A stretch of DNA of 62,636 nt, filler included. It is 3 parts of 3 records of this genome, joined end to end, with 100 filler letters (N's around TTAATTAATTAA, not from the genome) between each part and the next. Parts side by side here need not be neighbours in the genome. Positions count along the whole stretch, not along the records: positions 29,870 to 52,741 come from SRR2962707_520; 2 more parts are not named here. One strand, written 5' to 3'. The notes beneath the pieces were generated by a model. That model saw nothing but the letters and a program-made list of their open reading frames with translations. It ran no database searches and was not told the DNA's origin. A program made the translations under genes and the position numbers. Shown in pieces: positions 37,771 to 48,150 of the stretch; within the stretch, counting starts at the first letter, position 1; each line of letters starts with the position of its first letter.

Positions 37771-39501
37771 CTATTCCAGATATTGGGCCGGATCGACCGG
37801 CGATGCGTTCTTGCGCACTTCAAAGTGCAGACGCGGTGTCTTGGCAACGCCGGACATGCCTGAGCTGGCGATAACCTGACCACGCGTAACCTTGTCGCCA
37901 CGATTAACATTGAGCTTGTCGGCATGGGCATAGACCGTGACCAAGCCATCATCATGCCGGATCAGAACGGTCTTGCCGTATTCCTTCAGCCCGTCACCGG
38001 AATAAATCACAACTCCGTTTTCCGCCGCCTTGACCGGCGTGCCGGTGGGCATCGATATATCGATACCGTCATTGCGCTTGCCGTTCTCACTCTTGGCAAA
38101 GCCGGTGATGACCTGACCGCGGGCCGGCCAGCGGAACTTGTCGATGCCCGTTGCTGCCGGGGCAACCGAAGCCGTATCGCCCTTTGTCTTTGCTGCAACA
38201 CTATCGTCTGCCTGAACGGGTGGCGTGTAGACCTGGGGTGCCTGCTGCGTCGGGCGGACAGAAGCCGTGGACGACGGATCGAGCGTGTTGGCCCCATCCC
38301 CTGGAATGGACAGCGACTGTCCAATGCGGATGTTGCTGCCGGACAAATTGTTGGCTGATTTCAGCGCATCAACGCTGACACCATGGCCACGGGCAATCTT
38401 GCTGAGGCTGTCGCCGCCCTTGACGACATAGATGCCGCTTGCGGCCTGGCCGGAGCTGGACGCAGTTCCGGCAACCGACGGGCTGGTCAATTCGCTCTTG
38501 TCAGGGCTCCGCAGCGAAGGTGCGCTTGGCAGCACCGCCACATCGCGAACCGGTGACGGAGCGGGTACAGGCAAGCGATCATGCTTGACTTCGCCGCGCA
38601 TTCCGGACCCCGAATTGGAGGCACGCGTCTTTGGATTGTTGTCTGGCGCGGAAACAGGCGCCTGGCGCGAGTAGACATAAATCGGGATCAACAGCTGCCT
38701 GCCGCTCGACACCCGCGAGGCGTCGGCAATATCGTTGGCCTTCATGATCTCGGACGCGGGAACCCCATAGCGCTTGGAGAGATTGTAGATGGTCTCGCCT
38801 TCGCCAAGCGTAATCCGGGTAGCTCCCGTCGTCGTCCATCCTGCACCTTGCGGCGCGGACCCTGTAACAATCGGATCGGGAGCAAGAACCGGATCAGCAT
38901 TCTGATAACGCGGGCTCACCGGCACAGCCGAAACGACCTGGCGTGGCCGTTCCGGGAACGCCTGGGTTTGAGGCGCCTGGGAACGGACCATCGGCTCGAG
39001 CACCGGCGCCGCAACGGTGCGCACCGGCTGCTGGACGGGCTGGCTGGCCGGCAGCGGGTTGCGAGCAATCGATGAGACCCGCTGCACTCCGTTGTTGGTC
39101 AGGTTAGATGAAGACGATGCCGCTCGCGCAACGGAACCGGGTATCGAGCCGGTTGATGCCGGGTCATAGCCCTGCTGCGAAGACGCCCGGTAATCGCCAG
39201 GATATGCCTGCGAAACCGATGACGGAGCCTGCGGATAGGCGGTATTTTGCTGATAGTTTGGCGCCTGCTGATAGCCGCCCTGCGGCACCGAGGCGTTGCC
39301 AATGCTTGCCATCGGCGCAAGACGATCTGAAGCAGGCTTGGGGACGGATGCCGTCGTCAGCTGATCCGTATTTCGGTAGGCAAAGCGATTAGCATCCGAA
39401 CTGCACGCGGCAGCTGAACTCGCCAATAGCGCAACACCGAGCAAACGAGTTACCGATGTGCCGGAAACGACAGTCTGTCTGAGACGCATAACACTACCCA
39501 A
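37771..39501 (-). CDS. nlpD: LysM/M23 lipoprotein NlpD/LppB (DipM-like)
   Basis: Lipobox AAAC, two LysM repeats (GETIYNLSKRYGV, GDSLSKIARGHGV) and a degenerate M23 domain (NDGIDI, YAH, LHFEVR); downstream of surE-pcm. Confidence 0.88.
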   Translation of the reverse strand: MGSVMRLRQTVVSGTSVTRLLGVALLASSAAACSSDANRFAYRNTDQLTTASVPKPASDRLAPMASIGNASVPQGGYQQAPNYQQNTAYPQAPSSVSQAYPGDYRASSQQGYDPASTGSIPGSVARAASSSSNLTNNGVQRVSSIARNPLPASQPVQQPVRTVAAPVLEPMVRSQAPQTQAFPERPRQVVSAVPVSPRYQNADPVLAPDPIVTGSAPQGAGWTTTGATRITLGEGETIYNLSKRYGVPASEIMKANDIADASRVSSGRQLLIPIYVYSRQAPVSAPDNNPKTRASNSGSGMRGEVKHDRLPVPAPSPVRDVAVLPSAPSLRSPDKSELTSPSVAGTASSSGQAASGIYVVKGGDSLSKIARGHGVSVDALKSANNLSGSNIRIGQSLSIPGDGANTLDPSSTASVRPTQQAPQVYTPPVQADDSVAAKTKGDTASVAPAATGIDKFRWPARGQVITGFAKSENGKRNDGIDISMPTGTPVKAAENGVVIYSGDGLKEYGKTVLIRHDDGLVTVYAHADKLNVNRGDKVTRGQVIASSGMSGVAKTPRLHFEVRKNASPVDPAQYLE

Positions 39502-39540
39502 TCAACGCAAAACCAATAATGATGATTAAAGCGCGTTAGT

Positions 39541-39556
39541 GTTACTCATCAGTTAA
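39541..39556 (-). promoter_or_regulatory. Putative CtrA box
   Basis: Minus strand TTAA-CTGATGA-GTAAC versus consensus TTAA-N7-TTAAC, upstream of nlpD. Confidence 0.5.
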
Positions 39557-39594
39557 GGATGCAAAATTGGTTGCGTTTTCTGCCGTTCCGCGCC

Positions 39595-40248
39595 TTACAA
39601 TGCAGCCGCGACACCCGGAATGAACGCCCGGTAGGGAACCTCAAAAAGGTCTTCCCGCTCAAAGCGGCTGCCTATTTTGCTCAGCCGCGTCATTATCGTT
39701 CCGCCATCTTCCCGAAGCAGCGGTGCCAGCATGATCCCGCCTGTTGCCAGCTGGTCCACGAACTGGCGTGGCATGCCATCAAAAGCACAGGTTGCTATGA
39801 TTCGATCAAAATTGCCCTCCCCGCTCATACCTTTGAGACCATCGGCCTGGCGCGACACGATGTTGCCAAGTCCAAGGTGGGCAAACCGCTGCTGGGCCAG
39901 CTGGACAAGTGTCTTGTAGCGGTCGACGGTCACCACCCGCTCGGCCAGCCGCGCGGCCACAGCAGCCAGGAAACCGCTGCCAGTCCCCAGATCCAGAACC
40001 CGCTGGCCCGGCTCGACGGACAGCGCTGCGACCAGCCGCGCGACGAGATCAGCACTTTCGGCAAATCCTCCGCAATCAATCGGCACCAACCGGTCCTGAT
40101 AGGCTGCATCGGCATAGGCTGCTGAAAGAAACAGGGTGCGTGGCGTTTGCTCAAGTGCCGTCAGCAACGCCTTGTCGGCCAGACCTTCTGCCCGCAAACG
40201 CAGGAACAGTCCGGCGAACCCCTCCTTCTCCGCCAGACGCACATTCAT
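39595..40248 (-). CDS. pcm: Protein-L-isoaspartate O-methyltransferase (divergent)
   Basis: SAM motif VLDLGTGSG, FDRII and QLATGG; surE-pcm-nlpD synteny. Confidence 0.8.
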   Translation of the reverse strand: MNVRLAEKEGFAGLFLRLRAEGLADKALLTALEQTPRTLFLSAAYADAAYQDRLVPIDCGGFAESADLVARLVAALSVEPGQRVLDLGTGSGFLAAVAARLAERVVTVDRYKTLVQLAQQRFAHLGLGNIVSRQADGLKGMSGEGNFDRIIATCAFDGMPRQFVDQLATGGIMLAPLLREDGGTIMTRLSKIGSRFEREDLFEVPYRAFIPGVAAAL

Positions 40249-40251
40249 CGC

Positions 40252-41004
40252 TCAGTCTCTCAGCGCTTTGGCGATCTGGTCCTGAACCGCATGATTGGTC
40301 AGATCAAGCTTCAGAGGTGTCACAGACACATAGCCATTGGAAATGGCCTTGATGTCGCTGTTGGCTTCAGGCGAAAAGTCGCGGCGGCCAAATTTCAGCC
40401 AGAAGTAGGGAAATCCGCGTCCGTCCTTGCGCTCTTCGATCGACAGCCCATGCGTCATCTGGCCCTGATCTGTCACCACCACGCCCTTGACCTCGCCGGC
40501 GGCGCAATTGGGAAAATTGACGTTGAGCAGCGTGCCGGCAGGCAGATTGATCTCGACAAGCTTTTTCAGCAGGTCCGGCGCAAGCGTTTCGACCACATCC
40601 CAGGGCAGGATCCTGCCCTCCTTGTAGGCTTGGCTGATGGCAATCGACCTGACACCGAGCAACGTCCCCTCGATGGCACCGGCAACGGTTCCCGAATAGG
40701 TCACGTCATCGGCGACATTCTGACCGGCATTGACGCCGGACAGAACAAGATCCGGCTTCTCGTCCATCAGGCTCTTGATCGCCATGATGACACAGTCAGT
40801 CGGCGTGCCACGCAGCGCAAAGGTCTTGTCACGCACCTTGCGCAGTCTCAATGGCTCGGACAGCGTCAATGAATGCGCCAGCCCGCTCTGGTCGGTTTCA
40901 GGTGCAACAATCCAGATATCATCCGACAGCGACCGTGCAATGCGCTCAAGCACCTCAAGTCCCTCGGCGTGAATACCGTCGTCATTGGTGATGAGTATCC
41001 GCAT
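40252..41004 (-). CDS. surE: 5'/3'-nucleotidase SurE
   Basis: [24 protein letters not shown]...VTYSGTV and VSVTPL; start reassigned to 41004. Confidence 0.95.
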   Translation of the reverse strand: MRILITNDDGIHAEGLEVLERIARSLSDDIWIVAPETDQSGLAHSLTLSEPLRLRKVRDKTFALRGTPTDCVIMAIKSLMDEKPDLVLSGVNAGQNVADDVTYSGTVAGAIEGTLLGVRSIAISQAYKEGRILPWDVVETLAPDLLKKLVEINLPAGTLLNVNFPNCAAGEVKGVVVTDQGQMTHGLSIEERKDGRGFPYFWLKFGRRDFSPEANSDIKAISNGYVSVTPLKLDLTNHAVQDQIAKALRD

Positions 41005-41029
41005 TGTCTGCTCCCCGGAAATAAATGGA

Positions 41030-42313
41030 CTACGCCGCTTTCTCGATCTTTGTGATCCCGCCCATATAGGGCCGGAGCACGTTGGGCACGGTAATCGTCC
41101 CATCGGCGTTCTGATAATTCTCAATGACTGCAATAAGTGCCCGGCCGACTGCCACGCCCGAGCCGTTCAACGTATGAACAAAGCGCGTGTTCTTGTCGCC
41201 GGCCTTGCGGCAGCGTGCATTCATGCGGCGCGCCTGAAAGTCACCACAGACCGAACAGGAAGAAATTTCCCGATAAGCCTTCTGCCCCGGCAGCCACACT
41301 TCGATGTCATAGGTCTTGCGCGCACCAAAGCCCATGTCGCCGGTGCACAACACGATGGTCCGGAAATGCAGTCCCAGGCCTTTCAGCACGGCTTCCGCGC
41401 TGGCAGTCATCCGCTCATGTTCTTCAAGCGAGGTTTCCGGCGTGGTCACCGACACCAGCTCTACCTTGGTGAACTGGTGTTGACGCAACATGCCGCGGGT
41501 GTCGCGGCCGGCAGATCCGGCTTCCGAGCGGAAGCAGGCAGTCTGCGCCACATAGCGCTTTGGCAGCGATTCCTCGGGGAGGATTTCACCAGCAGCCATA
41601 TAGGTCAGCGGCACTTCCGCTGTCGGAATCAGCCAGCGTCCGTCAGTGGTCTTGAAAAGATCGTCGCCAAACTTCGGCAGCTTGTCAGTGCCATAGGCCG
41701 CCGCATCATTGACCATCAAGGGCGGATTGACTTCCGTGTAACCATGCTCGCCGGTGTGCAGGTCCAACATGTACTGGCCAAGCGCCCGTTCAAGCCGTGC
41801 AAGTCCGCCAGAAAGAATGGTAAATCGTGCGCCCGACATCTTTGCCGCACGCTCGAAATCCATCATCCCCAGCGCTTCGCCGAGTTCGAAATGCTCTTTC
41901 GTTTCAAAGCCGAGATCGGGCTTTTCCCCCGAGACGCGAACTTCGACATTGCCGCTTTCGTCAGCCCCCACCGGTACGTCTTCAAGCGGAATGTTGGGCA
42001 AAACGGACAAGGCATACTTGAGCTGCTCATCGAGCTCGCGCTCTTTGGCCTCTCCGGCCTGCAACTCTTCCTTGATCGTTGCAACTTCGGCTTTCAGACT
42101 GTCGGCTGTGGCCTGGTCCTTGGCTGCCATCGCCTTGCCGATTTCCTTGGAAGCCGCATTGCGGCGTTCCTGCAGGGCCTGAAGTGCCCCCACATGGCTG
42201 CGGCGGGCTTCATCCAGCGCAATCAGTTGTTCTGACTGTGCCCCGGCGCCGCGCTTGGCCAGCGCCGCGTCAAGAGCTTCGGGGTTTTCGCGTATCCATT
42301 TTATGTCAAGCAT
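41030..42313 (-). CDS. serS: Serine--tRNA ligase
   Basis: [35 protein letters not shown] and HTLNGSG. Confidence 0.97.
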   Translation of the reverse strand: MLDIKWIRENPEALDAALAKRGAGAQSEQLIALDEARRSHVGALQALQERRNAASKEIGKAMAAKDQATADSLKAEVATIKEELQAGEAKERELDEQLKYALSVLPNIPLEDVPVGADESGNVEVRVSGEKPDLGFETKEHFELGEALGMMDFERAAKMSGARFTILSGGLARLERALGQYMLDLHTGEHGYTEVNPPLMVNDAAAYGTDKLPKFGDDLFKTTDGRWLIPTAEVPLTYMAAGEILPEESLPKRYVAQTACFRSEAGSAGRDTRGMLRQHQFTKVELVSVTTPETSLEEHERMTASAEAVLKGLGLHFRTIVLCTGDMGFGARKTYDIEVWLPGQKAYREISSCSVCGDFQARRMNARCRKAGDKNTRFVHTLNGSGVAVGRALIAVIENYQNADGTITVPNVLRPYMGGITKIEKAA

Positions 42314-42393
42314 GGCAGGTTCCGGTACTCGATTGGCAGCGCCAAACCCGCAACCGTGCCGTCAGACGGCACGGCGCAAAATCAAACCGGAGC

Positions 42394-43233
42394 TCAGGCG
42401 TCCCCTTCGGGATCAGAGGCTGCCGCCGATGCTTCATCAGCTTCCGCCATGGCCGCTCTTGCGGCGCGCTGGCGCTCCACGAGTCGGGCGCAATAGATGG
42501 CAATCTCGTAAAGAAGGATGGTAGGCAGCGCAAGCCCGATCTGGGAGACCGGATCCGGCGGCGTCAGGATGGCAGCCGCGATAAAGGCTGCGACAATGGC
42601 GTATTTGCGTTTTTCCGCCAGTCCCTTGCTGGATACAAGTCCGACACGCGCCAGCAGCGTGGTCACCACCGGCAACTGGAACACCAGACCAAAGGCAAAG
42701 ATCAAGGTCATGATCAGCCCGAGATACTCGGACACTTTAGGCAGCAGCACGATTGAGGCTTCGCCCGCGCCGCCGGTCTGTTCCATAGCCAGGAAGAACC
42801 ACATCACCATCGGCGTGAAGAAGAAGTAGACCAGCGCCGCGCCGAGCAAAAACAGCAATGGCGAGGCAATCAGGAACGGTAGAAACGCACCGCGCTCGTT
42901 CTTGTAAAGCCCCGGCGCCACGAACTTGTAGACCTGGGCCGCGATCATCGGGAACGCCAGCACCAGACCGCCAAACATGCCGATCTTGATCTGCGTGAAG
43001 AAGAACTCCTGCGGCGCGGTATAGATCAGCTCGATCTTGCGATCCGTCATTCCCGCCCAGTCGACAGCCCAGGTAAAAGGCTGAACCAGGAGGTTAAACA
43101 ACGGCTTGGCGAATGAAAAGCACACAAGAAAAGCGATGAAGAAGGCGCCGATCGCCCACATCAGGCGGTTGCGCAACTCCAGCAGGTGAGCCAGCAGCGG
43201 CTGCGGCTTGTCGTCGATATTTTCGTCGGTCAC
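42394..43233 (-). CDS. tatC: Twin-arginine translocase subunit TatC
   Basis: HLLELRNR, PQEFF, FVAPGLYKNE, FQLPV and LTPPD. Confidence 0.95.
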   Translation of the reverse strand: MTDENIDDKPQPLLAHLLELRNRLMWAIGAFFIAFLVCFSFAKPLFNLLVQPFTWAVDWAGMTDRKIELIYTAPQEFFFTQIKIGMFGGLVLAFPMIAAQVYKFVAPGLYKNERGAFLPFLIASPLLFLLGAALVYFFFTPMVMWFFLAMEQTGGAGEASIVLLPKVSEYLGLIMTLIFAFGLVFQLPVVTTLLARVGLVSSKGLAEKRKYAIVAAFIAAAILTPPDPVSQIGLALPTILLYEIAIYCARLVERQRAARAAMAEADEASAAASDPEGDA

Positions 43234-43949
43234 GCCTGGCCCTCGCCTTTAGGTTTTTTGGCGCGAGGCGCACTTTTCGCAGCCGCCGGTTTTGCCGGCG
43301 CTTTTGCCTTGGAAGCAGGTGTAGTGGCTTTCACGGCAGATTTCGGCGTCGCAGTTTTCGTAGCGGCAGGCTTGGAAGCCGCAGCTGTCTTTGCCGCTGC
43401 GGGCTTGGCCTTAGCGGCCACTGTCGACTTGGCTTTGGTTGAAGCCGGCGCCTTGGCAGCCTTTGCCGCGGTTGGCTTGGCATCAGGCTTGTTCGCAGCA
43501 GCTGGCTTGGCCGATGTTGTGTCCGAAGCCTCGCCAGCCTTTGCCGCCGGCGCTTCCGTCTTGAATTCAGGCGGACCGTCCGCAAGCTTCATCGTCGGTT
43601 CGGGAGCTGACATCTTCGGCGGCTCTGCAGCCGCCGAAGATGGTGTTTTGACTGATTTTTCCAGATCCGCCTTGATATCCTTTGCCGTATCCTTGAGCGG
43701 ATTTACGGCATCGCGAATGCTCTGCATTGGATTGAGCTTGCGGGCATCGTCAAACGTCTTCTTGACGTCGTCAAGTTCGGCTTCCCGCAACGCATCGTCG
43801 AACTGCCCGCGAAACTCGGAAGCCATGGCTTTGAGTTTCTTGGTAGTCCGCCCGAAGGCGCGCAGCATGGGTGGCAGGTCCTTCGGACCGACCACGACGA
43901 TCAGCACAATGGCTACGACCAGAAGCTCTGGCCAACCGATGTCGAACAT
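43230..43949 (-). CDS. tatB: Twin-arginine translocase subunit TatB with an Ala/Lys/Pro-rich tail
   Basis: MFDIGWPELLVVAIVLIVVVGPKDLP. Confidence 0.93.
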   Translation of the reverse strand: MFDIGWPELLVVAIVLIVVVGPKDLPPMLRAFGRTTKKLKAMASEFRGQFDDALREAELDDVKKTFDDARKLNPMQSIRDAVNPLKDTAKDIKADLEKSVKTPSSAAAEPPKMSAPEPTMKLADGPPEFKTEAPAAKAGEASDTTSAKPAAANKPDAKPTAAKAAKAPASTKAKSTVAAKAKPAAAKTAAASKPAATKTATPKSAVKATTPASKAKAPAKPAAAKSAPRAKKPKGEGQA

Positions 43950-43990
43950 TCAGGCGTCTCCTCACCCGTCAGGGCAACGGGATTGGGATA

Positions 43991-44191
43991 TCAGCTGCGA
44001 TCCTTGGCTTCTTCAGCCTTGCTCTCGACTGTCTTGGTCTCAGGTGCGGTTTCGTCGTCACCCATGCCCTTCTTGAAGCTTTTGATGCCCTTGGCAACAT
44101 CGCCCATCAATTCCGGAATCTTGCCGCGACCGAAAAGCAGCAGAACGACGACCAGAACGATCAGCCAATGCCAAATACTAAATGAACCCAT
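43991..44191 (-). CDS. tatA: Twin-arginine translocase subunit TatA
   Basis: [25 protein letters not shown]...[17 protein letters not shown]. Confidence 0.95.
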   Translation of the reverse strand: MGSFSIWHWLIVLVVVLLLFGRGKIPELMGDVAKGIKSFKKGMGDDETAPETKTVESKAEEAKDRS

Positions 44192-44230
44192 GATACTCTC
44201 CTGTATGCATTCCACCCTGATTTAGGGTGT

Positions 44231-45355
44231 TTATCCGTTTGTTTCAAACACCAAAATGTCACGGGCGTTGACAGTGACAGAAACATCGCGGACGCCGGCC
44301 CTCAATTGACCTGCGCGAATCCGCGCGTCAATCGGGTTATCGCCACCCGCAACCACTACCGTCACCAACTCCTCCACCCCGAGAAATCTTCGCGCCACAA
44401 TTCGTGCCGAAACGCCACAAGGCGTTTCCGTAACTTCCACACCCGGAAGCCTTATGGCAATCGAGACGTTAGAACCATGCTTAAATCCTTTTGCCGCGAC
44501 CGGGCCAAGTGGGGTCAAGGCGATTTCATCCTCTACCACGCTTTCGAACACATTGATTTCAGAGAAGAAACCTGCAGCAAAAAGATTGGCCGGCCGGTGA
44601 TAGAGATCTTCAGCCGTTCCCACCTGCTCAAGCGCACCGTCTTTCAGCAAGGCAATCCTGTCGCCCATGCGCATGGCTTCCTCGGCGTCATGGGTAACCA
44701 CGATGGCCGTTGCACGCGCTTCACGCAAAATCGCCAGCGTTTCCGCTCTGACGCTGTCCTTCAGCCGTGAATCCAGGCCCGAGAACGGCTCATCCATCAA
44801 CAGAACCGCAGGGCGTGGCGCCAGGGCGCGGGCGAGCGCCACGCGCTGCTGCTCGCCGCCAGACAGCGCATGCGGATAATTGTCGGCGTAATGCACCATG
44901 CCGACGCGATCCAGCGCAGCCAGCGCTTCACGTTTTGCGTCAACTGATGACAGTGCCGTCAATCCAAACCGGACATTGTCGAGGATTGTCAGGTGCGGAA
45001 AAAGTGCGAAGTCCTGAAACATCAGTCCAATACCGCGGCGTTCGGGCGGGAGGTTTACCCGTGGCCCGGCAATTTCGCGGTCATTGAGCAGCAATCGCCC
45101 GCTTCCCAGAGGCTCGATTCCGGCGGCAAGCCGCAAAAGTGTGGTTTTCCCAGACCCCGATGGCCCGAGCAGGCACAAGACTTCGCCCGGCTCTGCTGCC
45201 AGCGTGACGCCACGCAAGGTCGGCTCGTCACCATAGGCATGGTGAACGTCCTCAAACGCAAGCCTGGCCGCGAATGTAACGCCGGCCGTCCTGCGCGCGA
45301 TTGCCGCTCTTGTCTGCTGTGTAACGATGGTCGGAACCCTTGTAGTCAGCAACAC
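44231..45355 (-). CDS. ABC transporter ATP-binding protein (FbpC/PotA-like), no adjacent permease; start uncertain
   Basis: GPSGSGKT, FQDFALFPHL, LSGGEQQRVALARAL, DEPF and a C-terminal TOBE-like region. Confidence 0.88.
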   Translation of the reverse strand: MLLTTRVPTIVTQQTRAAIARRTAGVTFAARLAFEDVHHAYGDEPTLRGVTLAAEPGEVLCLLGPSGSGKTTLLRLAAGIEPLGSGRLLLNDREIAGPRVNLPPERRGIGLMFQDFALFPHLTILDNVRFGLTALSSVDAKREALAALDRVGMVHYADNYPHALSGGEQQRVALARALAPRPAVLLMDEPFSGLDSRLKDSVRAETLAILREARATAIVVTHDAEEAMRMGDRIALLKDGALEQVGTAEDLYHRPANLFAAGFFSEINVFESVVEDEIALTPLGPVAAKGFKHGSNVSIAIRLPGVEVTETPCGVSARIVARRFLGVEELVTVVVAGGDNPIDARIRAGQLRAGVRDVSVTVNARDILVFETNG

Positions 45356-45384
45356 CTGTTCCGGAGAACACCGGAACCGGATGC

Positions 45385-46134
45385 TTAGTCCTCCGCTTCA
45401 CCCATCGGTGTCAAGAGACCAAGCTCTTCCAAATCCAGTTGAGTGATCGGATCTTCGTCTTCACCAAACTCGTCGCTGGACGACGGAAGCGGTGGCTGAA
45501 AGTTCGACGGCACACGTCCGGAGAGCAACCCTGCCCCCTTGAGTTCATCCATTCCGGGAAGATCGCGCAGATCTTCAAGCCCGAAATGGTCGAGAAATGC
45601 CACGGTTGTCCCATAGGTGACGGGGCGCCCCGGAGACCGCCGTCGGCCACGCATGCGCACCCAGCCGGTTTCGAGCAATACATCAAGCGTTCCCTTGGAT
45701 GTCGCAACGCCGCGGACATCCTCGATTTCCGCCCGCGTCACCGGCTGGTGATAGGCAATCGTCGACAGCACTTCGAGACCCGCACGGGACAATTTCCTGG
45801 CTTCGGTCTCATCACGCCGGATCAGGAACCCCAGATCGGCAGCAGTCCTGAATGCCCAGGCGTCGCCGACGCGGACCAGATTGATGCCACGCGCCGCATA
45901 GCGCTCGGCCAAGCGTTCCATCACCATCCGCACGGGCGTATCTTCAGGCAGTTTGCCCGAGATCAGTTTTTCCGCCACAGGTTCGCTGGATGCGAACACC
46001 AGCGCCTCGGCAATGCGTTCAGCCTCATGCAGGGCACGCTCCTTCAGCGCATCCAGAGCATCCGACCCCATGTCGTTCTCCTCTGCCTCTGCCGTCAGGG
46101 CAAAAGCTGTGCTGTGACCCGGATCAATTGTCAT
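45385..46134 (-). CDS. scpB: SMC-Scp complex subunit ScpB
   Basis: EALVFAS.EP, LE.L..IAYHQPVTRAEIEDVRGV, PGRPVTYGTT and FL.HFGL..L.DLP. Confidence 0.93.
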   Translation of the reverse strand: MTIDPGHSTAFALTAEAEENDMGSDALDALKERALHEAERIAEALVFASSEPVAEKLISGKLPEDTPVRMVMERLAERYAARGINLVRVGDAWAFRTAADLGFLIRRDETEARKLSRAGLEVLSTIAYHQPVTRAEIEDVRGVATSKGTLDVLLETGWVRMRGRRRSPGRPVTYGTTVAFLDHFGLEDLRDLPGMDELKGAGLLSGRVPSNFQPPLPSSSDEFGEDEDPITQLDLEELGLLTPMGEAED

Positions 46135-46991
46135 ACCTTGCTCCCCGCGCTGACAGCCGCCTGTGGCGGAAGACGCATGAAGATAGGCTGGAACGCGCCA
46201 TCCTGACGAATTTCCAGCCGCCCTTCCCGCACCATCTCGAGACTGGCCGCAAACGAGCTGGCGATCGCGGTTGTCCGTTCTTCCGGATCAGACAGGTAGC
46301 GGATCAGATATTGATCCAGCGCCGTCCAGTCCGTGAGCTCGCCAATCAGCCGGAAAAGGATCACCCGGGCATCGCTGAGCGACCAGACACGCCGGCGCGA
46401 GATCGTCACCTGGGTTATGGTCTGGCGCTGTTTCTGGGCTGCGTAGGCCGTCAGCAGGTCATAAAGCGTTGCGTCAAAACTGGAGGACTTGTCGATAACC
46501 ATCGCCTCAGGCGCACCGCGGGCGAACACATCGCGGCCCAGGCGGTTGCGGTTGACCAGCCGTGTTGCCGCTTCCCGCATGGCTTCCAGCCGTTTGAGCC
46601 GGAATGCGAGCTGCGCGGCCATTTCCTCGCCGCTCGGCTCATCGCCCTTGCGCCCCTGTGGGATCAGTAACCGGGATTTGAGATAGGCAAGCCAGGCGGC
46701 CATCACCAGATAGTCAGCTGCAAGTTCCAGCCGCAGCGCACGGGCCTTTTCGACGAACATCAGATACTGCTCGGCCAGCGCCAGAACAGAAATCCGTGCC
46801 AGGTCCACTCGCTGTGTTCGCGCCAGATGCAACAACAGATCGAGCGGGCCTTCAAAACCGGCGACATCTATCACCAGCGAGGGATCGCCTGTGGCCCTGT
46901 CAGTCTTGGCGTCATCCCACATCACGTCCATGGGCGTGCCCTGTGGCGCCTTGCCAGCATTGCCACCGCTTTGACGGTTGTTGTTGACCAC
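46131..46991 (-). CDS. scpA: Segregation and condensation protein ScpA
   Basis: FEGPLDLLL, AADYLVMAAWLAYLKSRLL and F.ASLE..REG. Confidence 0.93.
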   Translation of the reverse strand: MVNNNRQSGGNAGKAPQGTPMDVMWDDAKTDRATGDPSLVIDVAGFEGPLDLLLHLARTQRVDLARISVLALAEQYLMFVEKARALRLELAADYLVMAAWLAYLKSRLLIPQGRKGDEPSGEEMAAQLAFRLKRLEAMREAATRLVNRNRLGRDVFARGAPEAMVIDKSSSFDATLYDLLTAYAAQKQRQTITQVTISRRRVWSLSDARVILFRLIGELTDWTALDQYLIRYLSDPEERTTAIASSFAASLEMVREGRLEIRQDGAFQPIFMRLPPQAAVSAGSKV

Positions 46992-47015
46992 TCCTGCCGC
47001 CTTTCAGATGCCTGG

Positions 47016-48032
47016 TTAGGAGGTTGCCATCAACCCCTCGAATTCTTCGCGCAATGCAGCCTCGTCGCTATTATCGGGAGCGCTGAAGGCGGTCATGACG
47101 TCTCTCGCACGGCGTAACGCAACGTCCGAAAGTACTGGCGTGCCCGACGCCACGGCTTCCATTTCCGCCCGATCGCCATTGCAATGCAATGTGACATCGC
47201 ATCCTGCGGCAAAAATTGCACGGGTCCTTGTCGCGAAATCCCCAGAAAGCGCGTTCATCGACACATCATCAGACATCAACAACCCGTCAAAGCCGATTTC
47301 AGTGCGGATGATCTGATCCACCACCCGGCGCGACGTTGTTGCGGGATGATCCGCATCCAGCGCGCTAAACACAACATGCGCCGACATTGCCATCGCTTCA
47401 CCGGCCAGTGCCTTGAATGGCAGGAAATCCCGTGCCGACAATTCCGCATGCGATGCATCCACACGGGGCAACTCAAAATGCGTATCAGCCCCCGCACGCC
47501 CGTGACCGGGAATGTGCTTGATCACCGGCAACATCCCTCCGGCCTTCAGCCCTTCCGACGCAGCGCGTCCCAGAACGGATACAACGTCAGGTGTGATGCC
47601 GTAGGCGCGGCTGCCAATCACCTCGTGCCCACCCGGCGACGGCACATCCAGCACCGGCAAACAATCGACATTGATCCCCAGCGGAAAAAGATCGAACGCA
47701 TGCAGACGCGACATGATCCAGGTCGCCCGCAAACCGGCTTCCGGACTGGCCAGATATAGCGCGCCGAGATCTGCACCCGAAGGGTATTGCGGCACCAGCG
47801 GCGGTTTGAATCTCTGAACCCGTCCGCCCTCCTGATCTATCAAGACCGGAACATCAGGCCTGCCAACGCTTTCCCGCAGACTGGCGGTCAGCTCCGCGAC
47901 CTGGCTCAGGCTCACGATATTTCGGCCGAAAAGGATAAATCCCCATGGCTTTGTATCGGCAAAAAACGATGCCTCGTCCGGGCGCAGTTCAGGCCCGGCG
48001 CATCCGAAAATAACTGCTTTTGATTCGCTCAT
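47016..48032 (-). CDS. nagZ: Beta-N-acetylhexosaminidase (GH3)
   Basis: DQEGGRVQR, KHIPGHGRAGADTHFELP and SDD. Confidence 0.93.
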   Translation of the reverse strand: MSESKAVIFGCAGPELRPDEASFFADTKPWGFILFGRNIVSLSQVAELTASLRESVGRPDVPVLIDQEGGRVQRFKPPLVPQYPSGADLGALYLASPEAGLRATWIMSRLHAFDLFPLGINVDCLPVLDVPSPGGHEVIGSRAYGITPDVVSVLGRAASEGLKAGGMLPVIKHIPGHGRAGADTHFELPRVDASHAELSARDFLPFKALAGEAMAMSAHVVFSALDADHPATTSRRVVDQIIRTEIGFDGLLMSDDVSMNALSGDFATRTRAIFAAGCDVTLHCNGDRAEMEAVASGTPVLSDVALRRARDVMTAFSAPDNSDEAALREEFEGLMATS

Positions 48033-48096
48033 TGCGCAATGGTAATCGAACCACAGCGTTTTGACAGCAGGCCGCTATCTGATCTTACAACGAGAA

Positions 48097-48121
48097 GAGG
48101 CCGCACTCAGCGTGCGGCCTC
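48097..48121 (-). terminator. Hairpin after the SPOR gene; probable terminator
   Basis: GAGGCCGCAC-5 nt-GTGCGGCCTC perfect 10-bp stem; weak U tail. Confidence 0.55.
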
Positions 48122-48150
48122 CCAATCCAACTATACATCGTGTCAGGCTG

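Noticed and set aside
40985-42235. 416-aa plus-strand ORF
   Set aside because: Antisense in-register shadow of serS
43186-44076. 296-aa hydrophobic Ala/Gly/Leu/Phe-rich plus-strand ORF
   Set aside because: Mirror of the Ala/Lys/Pro repeats of tatB
42394-44191. tatABC as the dedicated exporter of AauA or of the Tat-signal SBPs
   Set aside because: The genes are on different contigs, probably from different organisms; proximity is artificial
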